NCBI RefSeq assembly: GCF_000020025.1
Contig: NC_010628.1
Coordinates: 1,710,001-1,742,000, forward strand
Direction: 5' to 3'
Length of the DNA: 32,000 nucleotides
Origin: Nostoc punctiforme PCC 73102
GTDB taxonomy: Bacteria > Cyanobacteriota > Cyanobacteriia > Cyanobacteriales > Nostocaceae
This document shows positions 26,062 through 32,000 of this stretch, one piece after another. Each line of letters opens with the position of its first letter. Position 1 is the stretch's first letter. The notes under the pieces are model-generated. The model saw only the letters and a program-made list of their open reading frames with translations, was not told the DNA's origin and made no database searches. Made by a program: the position numbers and the translations under genes.

Positions 26062-27191
26062 TTCATGTCTTTGATAATGTTACGAATCTGCGTTTCTTGA
26101 GATTCAATACTTTCGGTAAGCTTAAACTGCACGATCGCTCTTGCCAAGTTATGTTCTGGGTGCTTAACTTTAAAGTAGACATTCCCGGCTAAATAATCGG
26201 CAAAAAATCTCAATCCTAATTCAAAGGCAATGAGACGGATGGCATCATATATATATGCATAGTCATTCTCGGTAAGAAACGCCTTTGCCACAGAGAGATA
26301 GCCTTGCAAGATTCCCTGACACAGGCCAGGATCGAAATGAACACTTTCCCAATTTTCGGTTTCCTCTCCAGCCTGATTGCAGCCCGATCGCAAACAATCG
26401 CCAATATCATAATGTACTAGACCGGGTTTAACGGTGTCGAGGTCGATGACGCTGACGGCTTGCTGGGTAACAGTGTCGAACATAACGTTATTAATTTTTG
26501 GATCGCCGTGCATCAGACGCAGAGGTAGTTTGCCCTCAGCTTTGGCATTTTCTAGGATATGTGCAAAGGCTTGGCGATCGCTAACAAACTGTAAGCAATA
26601 ATTAACTTCCGAAGATTGACTAGCACTAGTTTTCGCCAACACTTCCTCGTAATGCTGGAGGTAAAGCGGTGTAATATGAAATCCTTGAAGGGTGTCAGCA
26701 AGTTTTTCTGGTGGCAAATCACTGATTAAATTGTGGAACATCCCCAAGGCATAACCAATTTCTTTCGCTTGTGAGCGATCGCGCATAGTATCAAAAGACT
26801 GGGAACCTTCAATAAAGCTAATCGCCCGCCAAAAGGAGCCGTCTGAATCCTGACAGTGGTCTTGAGCATCCTTAGTTAATAGTACGCGCGGTACTTCCCA
26901 GCGACGATTGAGGGGGGTGTGCTGTAACCGTTTATGAACATGCTCAGTGAAGGTACGCATATTCTGCATAATCAGTTTTGGCTGCCGAAACACCTGCGTG
27001 TTGATGCGTTGCAGGACAAAATGTTGTTCTTTTGAGGAATCTAGAGTCACTAAGAAAGTGTCATTGATATTACCACTTCCAAAGGCTTTAACGGCTGTAA
27101 CCTTTCCCAGTTGGGCGAATTGGTTAGCGATCGCAATCAAATTCTCTGCACGTTGCCTATTAAATTTTTCTGTCATCTGTTTAACCTGCAC
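26058..27191 (-). CDS. Aminoglycoside-phosphotransferase-fold kinase, NahK-like sugar-1-kinase family (377 aa)
   Basis: The catalytic loop is HGDPKINNVMFD and the metal-binding motif is VIDLDTVKPGLVHYDIGD. The N-terminal nucleotide-binding lobe has GSGNINDTF. Confidence 0.75.
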   Translation of the reverse strand: MQVKQMTEKFNRQRAENLIAIANQFAQLGKVTAVKAFGSGNINDTFLVTLDSSKEQHFVLQRINTQVFRQPKLIMQNMRTFTEHVHKRLQHTPLNRRWEVPRVLLTKDAQDHCQDSDGSFWRAISFIEGSQSFDTMRDRSQAKEIGYALGMFHNLISDLPPEKLADTLQGFHITPLYLQHYEEVLAKTSASQSSEVNYCLQFVSDRQAFAHILENAKAEGKLPLRLMHGDPKINNVMFDTVTQQAVSVIDLDTVKPGLVHYDIGDCLRSGCNQAGEETENWESVHFDPGLCQGILQGYLSVAKAFLTENDYAYIYDAIRLIAFELGLRFFADYLAGNVYFKVKHPEHNLARAIVQFKLTESIESQETQIRNIIKDMK

Positions 27192-27246
27192 TACTCCTCA
27201 CATACATTGCACGAAGGCAATAGGGGATATAGTAGCGCGTCAAAAT

Positions 27247-27274
27247 AATTCGTAATTCGTAATTCGTAATTCGT
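27247..27274. repeat. Heptamer tandem repeat AATTCGT x4 (STRR-like)
   Basis: Four perfect copies were read directly, just upstream of the kinase gene start (minus strand). Confidence 0.95.
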
Positions 27275-27350
27275 AATTTTTAAAGGTACTAATGCTAGCA
27301 CAGGGTGCGACACCGATAGCGAGTATTCATCCCCTGTGGGGAGGCAGGCT

Positions 27351-27376
27351 ACGCGCAGCGTCTCTTAGAGAGCGTC
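27351..27376. repeat. Dispersed repeat core ACGCGCAGCGTCTCTTAGAGAGCGTC
   Basis: It shares CGCGCAGCGT..TAGAGA with the reverse complement of 28833-28852. It is flanked by the inverted TAGCACAGGG / CCCTGTGCTA arms at ~27295 and ~27405. Confidence 0.6.
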
Positions 27377-27428
27377 ATAACCCATCGTAGATATTGCTCT
27401 TGTCGGCCCTGTGCTACTAATTCAGTAG

Positions 27429-28739
27429 TTAAGAAATTTCGTCGCTATCAACCCACTCATCATAAGATGAATCATAACCAACATAGTGAACAAAGTATTG
27501 CTGATTTTGGATTTGCTGAATCGTTGCGGAATACCAAGCTTCTTGGTCTTCATCCCAACATTTTACTTTTTGACCAACTGCATATCCATTGTCATCCGCA
27601 GAGCGAAGATCGCGAGTCCGAATGTCATCTTCACCTACCCACTCGTCATAAGATGAACCGTAACCAAGGTAATGAATAAAGAATTGTTCATCTTGGATTT
27701 TCTCAATTGTTCCCTGATACCAATCTTCCTCCTCACCATCCCAGACTTCTACTGTTTTGCTGACTTCATACTGATTCTTATCTGACTTGACAGCAGAAGC
27801 TGACGAAACATCTTGAATAGGCTTTTGTTGCTCTTGTTTAATTTCCTCTTTTACTAAAGCATAAGCTTCCAAAATCAAGCCGCGAGCGACGGTTTGAGTT
27901 CCCGTATGCTCGTAGTAATTGGTAGTTTGATCTAGGAATACCGCGACAAAATCTAAATTATCATCAGCAATCTGAATAAAACTACCCAAATTACTAGAAA
28001 TTGATTGTGGGGTTATACCTGTCTTAGATACTAAGTTATTCATCCAACCTTGTACGGAGTTAAAACTCTGACCGATAAAACCAACTTTATCAGAGGGGTT
28101 ACTACCTGGTAGAAAGTTATTGATGGCTAAGAAAACCGGATTTTGAGTTATTGCACCAGCATCAGTGCCACTAATTACTCCGTGAATTTTGCTGAGAAAG
28201 TCGGGACCTAATGGCAGAATCCCGTCTATACAAACTAAAGCTACCATCCGCATTAAGGAGGCATTTTGATAGTTGTTAGCAAGAGAATTAGCAAACTCTT
28301 GGGGGTTAGGTTGAGGAATGCCATTTAGTTTGCAAAAAGCGATGATTTCGACAGCGATTTTTAGCGCCAAGTCAATAGATTGAGTTACATCAGCTTTGGG
28401 AGTAATGTTGCCTAAAAAAGACAGAAAGCCGATTTTCTCACTAACTTTATTCGCTAAAGCTGCTGCTGCCATAGCTGTGTCTGCCTTATCAATTGTTTGA
28501 TAAAGCTTGATTGCAAACTGGTAGCCTTTTTGAGGATCTTCGTATAATACGACAGCGCGATCGCGGATTCTCTGAATTACCTTAACATCGGTTTCTCCAG
28601 TAATGCTGCGAATACTATTTTCAAATCCCGTCAAATTGCTCCACTCACCTGGTGCTACGTAATCAAGAGCCTTTAAAACTTTGACAGTGATATTGTCAGT
28701 TGGTAATTCGTCAACCAACTGAATAATTGATTTATCCAT
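27429..28739 (-). CDS. Protein of unknown function with two C-terminal Tudor/Agenet-like domains (436 aa)
   Basis: The two copies are VWDGEEEDWYQGTIEKIQDEQFFIHYLGYGSSYDEWVGEDDI and CWDEDQEAWYSATIQQIQNQQYFVHYVGYDSSYDEWVDSDEI. The ATG at 28739 (GAGGAT 8 nt upstream) is preferred to the track's TTG at 28784. Confidence 0.8.
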   Translation of the reverse strand: MDKSIIQLVDELPTDNITVKVLKALDYVAPGEWSNLTGFENSIRSITGETDVKVIQRIRDRAVVLYEDPQKGYQFAIKLYQTIDKADTAMAAAALANKVSEKIGFLSFLGNITPKADVTQSIDLALKIAVEIIAFCKLNGIPQPNPQEFANSLANNYQNASLMRMVALVCIDGILPLGPDFLSKIHGVISGTDAGAITQNPVFLAINNFLPGSNPSDKVGFIGQSFNSVQGWMNNLVSKTGITPQSISSNLGSFIQIADDNLDFVAVFLDQTTNYYEHTGTQTVARGLILEAYALVKEEIKQEQQKPIQDVSSASAVKSDKNQYEVSKTVEVWDGEEEDWYQGTIEKIQDEQFFIHYLGYGSSYDEWVGEDDIRTRDLRSADDNGYAVGQKVKCWDEDQEAWYSATIQQIQNQQYFVHYVGYDSSYDEWVDSDEIS

Positions 28740-28832
28740 CAGCCGATCCTCAAAACTCAAAGTTATGCTTACAACACAGTTCAACTAAACCCACAACAAT
28801 TAATACCAGTTGCTTACCTTACGGGAAGCCTT

Positions 28833-28852
28833 TCTCTAGTCAACGCTGCGCG
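28833..28852. repeat. Dispersed repeat core (inverted copy of the 27351-27376 motif)
   Basis: The reverse complement of 28811-28862 reads ...CGCGCAGCGTTGACTAGAGAAAGGCTTCCCGTAAGG... Confidence 0.55.
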
Positions 28853-28924
28853 AATTACTGAACCGTATTAATAGAGTTCCCCGACTTGACCAAAAAATAA
28901 CAAGTGGCGATCGCTACCAATATT

Positions 28925-29030
28925 TTTCGGTTAAGGGGGAAAGGGGAAAGGGAAAAGGTTTGAATTTACCTTTCCCCAGACCAAAAGAGAGATTATTGGG
29001 TTTATCTGAAAAGTATTGCGATCGCTACCT
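28925..29030. repeat. GGGAAAGGG hairpin repeat family, copy 2
   Basis: GGGGGAAAGGGGAAAGGGAAAAGGTTTGAATTTACCTTTCCCCAGACC...TTATCTGAAAAGTATTGCG. Confidence 0.7.
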
Positions 29031-29050
29031 CGTAAAACTTCTCTGTTCAA

Positions 29051-29145
29051 GTGGAAGGGTTTAAAGTCATTCCTTTCCCTTTTCCCCACAACGGATTCCC
29101 AGACCACACCAGAGATAGAAAGTACTTATCCGATAAGTATTGGAT
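29051..29145. repeat. GGGAAAGGG hairpin repeat family, copy 3
   Basis: GGAAGGGTTTAAAGTCATTCCTTTCCCTTTTCCCCA...CCCAGACC...TTATCCGATAAGTATTGG. The track ORF 29051-29233 is a translation of this repeat. Confidence 0.7.
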
Positions 29146-29569
29146 TGCTTCTCATCTGCTGACTTTTCAATCATCTGAGCGCAATTCCATGCCAAAAATT
29201 TGTTTTTTTAACCTTTTGCTAGCTGTTCCTTAAACTTACCGGGATAAGTTGAAGTTGATAAGTACGAATTAATACTAATAAAGTATGTAGCTATTTTTTG
29301 CTAGTTACTTCGGTCTTTCATGCCATCTTGTCTCATGTTCACCCAAATACTGAAGTAAGTTTTTGCATCTATCCTTTTGTAGTTATGGGAGCGATCGCCC
29401 CACTAATGAGTCTAATTGCTCTGGTGGAGATGGCGATCGCTTTTGGACTGTTAGGAAGTGCGACTAACTTTGGATCATCACCAAGGCGATCGCACTTAAT
29501 ACATCGCTTCGGATAATTTGGTTGATTTTTTGAGAATTTGAAACAAACTAAAGAGGTTAAATAATTCCT

Positions 29570-32000
29570 ATGGCTTTAACACAAGGGGATATTGCTTTTA
29601 TATCCTTCAATGCTGATGAAGATGGCTGGTCTATTGTTACATTTGTAGATATAGACCCGAATACGACGATTTATTTCACTGATAATGAAGCTATTAGCAC
29701 GACAGCTTTTAACACTGGTGAGTCTTATTTTCAATGGACATCAGGATCTAGTACGATCAATGCTGGTACAGTAATTCGTTTTAGTGCAGTTGATGTTGCT
29801 ACGCTTTCCGCATCAGTTGGAACTCTCTCTCGTGCTACAGTCTCAGGTAGCAGTAACTACGGTCTCTCTGCAAGTGGTGACGTTATCTATGCTTTTGTTG
29901 GCTCTAGTGCAGCTGCTCCAACTACTATTTTAACTGCGGTATCATCGGGAGATGTTGTAACACCTGGTGATCCAATTACAAATGCAGGATTAACGGTTGG
30001 AGTTAACGCAATAGTATTAAGAACTAGTGCTGACTATGGTGAATATAGTGGCTCTAGAACTGGACAATCTAGCTTTGCAAACTATAAATCTTCGGTCTTT
30101 AATGTTAACAACTGGACGGTCGATCAAATTGATGGTAATTATACCACAACTGCTCCAAATACCACAAATTTTACGATCGCCGCATCAACCCCCACTGTCA
30201 CGATCGCAGCCCAAGATGCCAACGCCGCCGAAACTGGCACTGATCCTGGCACCTTCCGCATCTCTCGCACAGGCAGTACCACCGATGCCTTGACGGTAAA
30301 TTACACCATTGCTACGGGTGCTGGACAAGCCACAAGCGCAGATTACACACCAACCCTAACAGGCACAGCAATCATCGCTGCCGGAGAATCCTTTGCTGAT
30401 ATCACCATTACACCTGTAGATGATCAGACAGTTGAAGGAACTGAAACCGTTACTCTGACTCTCAATAGCAGCACCAACTATACTTTTGGTGCTACTGCTA
30501 GTGCAACAGTAGCGATCGCTGACAACGATACGGCTGTAACTTCCATCGATCTCTCCACCTATGTCCGCATCGGACGTTACGATCTGCCCGAACCTACGCG
30601 AACCAATCCCCCACTCAACAGCTTGTTGGCTCAAGAAGCCTCAGCAGTGACCTATAACAAGGATACCGACACGCTGTTCGTTGTCGGTGATGGCGGGAGA
30701 GCGATCGTGCAAGTATCGAAGACGGGACAATTAATCGACTCAATGACGCTAGCTTCTGGCAGTAGTCCCCAAGGAACAGAATTTTACGATACAGAAGGGC
30801 TTACCTATGTTGGTGACGGCAAGTTTGTCTTGATTGAGGAGCGAGATAGACAGGCTAATTTGTTTACCTATGCCCCGGGAACCACCCTTACTAGAAGCAA
30901 CGTACAAACCGTAAAACTCGGTACGACGGTCGGAAATATTGGGATTGAAGGTATCTCCTATGACCCACAGACTGGTGGCTTCATCGCAGTTAAGGAGATT
31001 ACACCCGAAGGAATTTTTCAAACAAACATCGATTTTGCGGCGGGAACTGCAAGCAACGGTTCGCCCACCACAGTTAACTCTACCAACCTTTTCGATCCAG
31101 CATTGGCTGGGCTTGCGGACTTCGCGGATGTTTTCGCATTGTCGAATCTATCAGCCTTGAATGGGCAACCCAACTCCAGCCACCTGCTAATTTTGAGCCA
31201 AGAATCGGGCAAGATCGTCAACATCGATCGCACTGGGAATATCTCTAGCTCATTAACCATCGTCTCCGATGCAGGTAATCCTTTATCCGTTGTGGATCAG
31301 GGGAATGAAGGAATCACGGTAGACAAGAATGGATTGATTTATATCGCTAACGAGAATGGCGGAGGTGATATCGATCACCCTCAACTTTGGGTCTATGCAC
31401 CGTCCTCATTTACATATACCAATCAAGCCCCTGTAGCTGTCAGCCTTGCAAATACCGTCACCAGCTTGTCAGAAAGCACCAGTATTGCAACTCCCTTTAA
31501 AGTCGGTAACATTATTGTCAGTGATGACGCTCTGGGAACAAATACCCTTAGTTTGACTGGTGCAGATGCCAACTCTTTTGAGATTACAGGCAATGGTTTA
31601 TTCCTGAAAGCGGGAACTACCCTAGATTTTGAAACGAAAACCAGCTATAACGTCAGCGTCAATGTCAATGACACCACCGTTGGCAGTAACCCAGACGCAA
31701 CTACAGCATTTACCTTCTCAGTCACCGATGTAAATGAGAATCCCACCACCAGCGGTATCTTCATCACTGAAGTAGCTCCTTGGAGCAGTGGCAATTCGCC
31801 CGTCGCTGCTGACTGGTTTGAGCTTACCAACACTGGTACGAGCGCTGTGGATATCACGGGCTGGAAAATTGACGACAATTCAAATAGCTTTGCTACATCC
31901 GTTGCCTTGAGCGGTATCACCAGTATTGGCGCAGGTGAATCGGTAATCTTCATTGAAGGAGCTACCGTCAATCCTACTTTCCTATCCAACTGGTTCGGCG
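29570..32000 (+). CDS. Large multidomain exoprotein, 5' part (over 810 codons, 3' end outside window): Calx-beta, SdiA-regulated/YjiK-like, cadherin-like and lamin-tail (LTD) domains
   Basis: My manual translation from the ATG at 29570 (AGAGG ~15 nt upstream) to nt 32000 met no stop. Calx-beta: TVTIAAQDANAAETGTDPGTFRISRTG...LTVNYTIATG..ATSADY...ITITPVDDQTVEGTETVTLTL. YjiK-like: EASAVTYNKDTDTLFVVGD...TEGLTYVGDGKFVLIEERD...IEGISYDP. Cadherin-like: FEITGNGLFLKAGTTLDFETKTSYNVSVNVND...FSVTDVNENP. LTD: IFITEVAPWSSGNSPVAADWFELTNTGTSAVDITGWKIDDNS. Confidence 0.85.
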   Translation, partial: MALTQGDIAFISFNADEDGWSIVTFVDIDPNTTIYFTDNEAISTTAFNTGESYFQWTSGSSTINAGTVIRFSAVDVATLSASVGTLSRATVSGSSNYGLSASGDVIYAFVGSSAAAPTTILTAVSSGDVVTPGDPITNAGLTVGVNAIVLRTSADYGEYSGSRTGQSSFANYKSSVFNVNNWTVDQIDGNYTTTAPNTTNFTIAASTPTVTIAAQDANAAETGTDPGTFRISRTGSTTDALTVNYTIATGAGQATSADYTPTLTGTAIIAAGESFADITITPVDDQTVEGTETVTLTLNSSTNYTFGATASATVAIADNDTAVTSIDLSTYVRIGRYDLPEPTRTNPPLNSLLAQEASAVTYNKDTDTLFVVGDGGRAIVQVSKTGQLIDSMTLASGSSPQGTEFYDTEGLTYVGDGKFVLIEERDRQANLFTYAPGTTLTRSNVQTVKLGTTVGNIGIEGISYDPQTGGFIAVKEITPEGIFQTNIDFAAGTASNGSPTTVNSTNLFDPALAGLADFADVFALSNLSALNGQPNSSHLLILSQESGKIVNIDRTGNISSSLTIVSDAGNPLSVVDQGNEGITVDKNGLIYIANENGGGDIDHPQLWVYAPSSFTYTNQAPVAVSLANTVTSLSESTSIATPFKVGNIIVSDDALGTNTLSLTGADANSFEITGNGLFLKAGTTLDFETKTSYNVSVNVNDTTVGSNPDATTAFTFSVTDVNENPTTSGIFITEVAPWSSGNSPVAADWFELTNTGTSAVDITGWKIDDNSNSFATSVALSGITSIGAGESVIFIEGATVNPTFLSNWFG

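Noticed and set aside
3353-28784. Track start codons at TTG 3353, TTG 12225, TTG 16607 and TTG 28784 (minus strand)
   Set aside because: Each has an in-frame ATG 2-15 codons downstream with better spacing to a purine-rich RBS-like element. The feature coordinates were adjusted to 3365, 12231, 16622 and 28739.
29051-29516. Track ORFs 29051-29233 and 29298-29516
   Set aside because: The first is repeat copy 3 translated (FPFPHNGFP). The second starts at a TTG and owes its length to a HIP1-rich spacer, with three GCGATCGC sites read as AIA or RRS. A 43-aa hydrophobic peptide from the internal ATG cannot be excluded but is unsupported.
30027-31989. Six track ORFs (30027-30293+, 30356-30634-, 30749-31021-, 30939-31160+, 31018-31260-, 31645-31989-)
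   Set aside because: All lie inside the long open-ended plus-strand ORF starting at 29570, whose product has clear domain content. These are shadow ORFs.

Overview
This is a Nostocales-type cyanobacterial chromosome segment. Evidence: about 30 HIP1 GCGATCGC octamers by manual scan, STRR-like heptamer tandem repeats, and a carboxysomal-type ccaA. nt 1-16429 is a tightly packed, single-strand operon for a phage-tail-like contractile injection system (CIS) in P2-like gene order. It encodes two sheath paralogues, a tube, a small Zn-ribbon protein followed by a conserved mini-ORF with no start codon (possible recoding), a second tube and a repeat-containing tape-measure candidate. These are followed by a LysM protein, gpD-like hub, gpV/VgrG-like spike, gp25/W, a giant and a mini baseplate-J paralogue, a gpI-like protein, a repeat-bearing fibre and two unknown small genes. 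The window holds no capsid, terminase, integrase or lysis genes. nt 16622-23615 encodes a P-loop ATPase and an 1833-aa NLR-like STAND NTPase. The STAND protein has a degenerate N-terminal module, TPR-like helices, a P-loop NTPase, a predicted TM helix and 14 near-identical WD40 repeats. It also carries a 17 x 21-bp in-frame minisatellite between Walker A and Walker B and an 81-bp in-frame palindromic insert. nt 23616-24669 and 28785-29569 are repeat/MITE-rich non-coding islands. Between them lie ccaA, a CBM9/DOMON-like plus APH/NahK-like kinase two-gene operon, and a protein ending in tandem Tudor-like domains. nt 29570-32000 is the 5' part of a large multidomain exoprotein that is missing from the supplied ORF track because it runs off the window.
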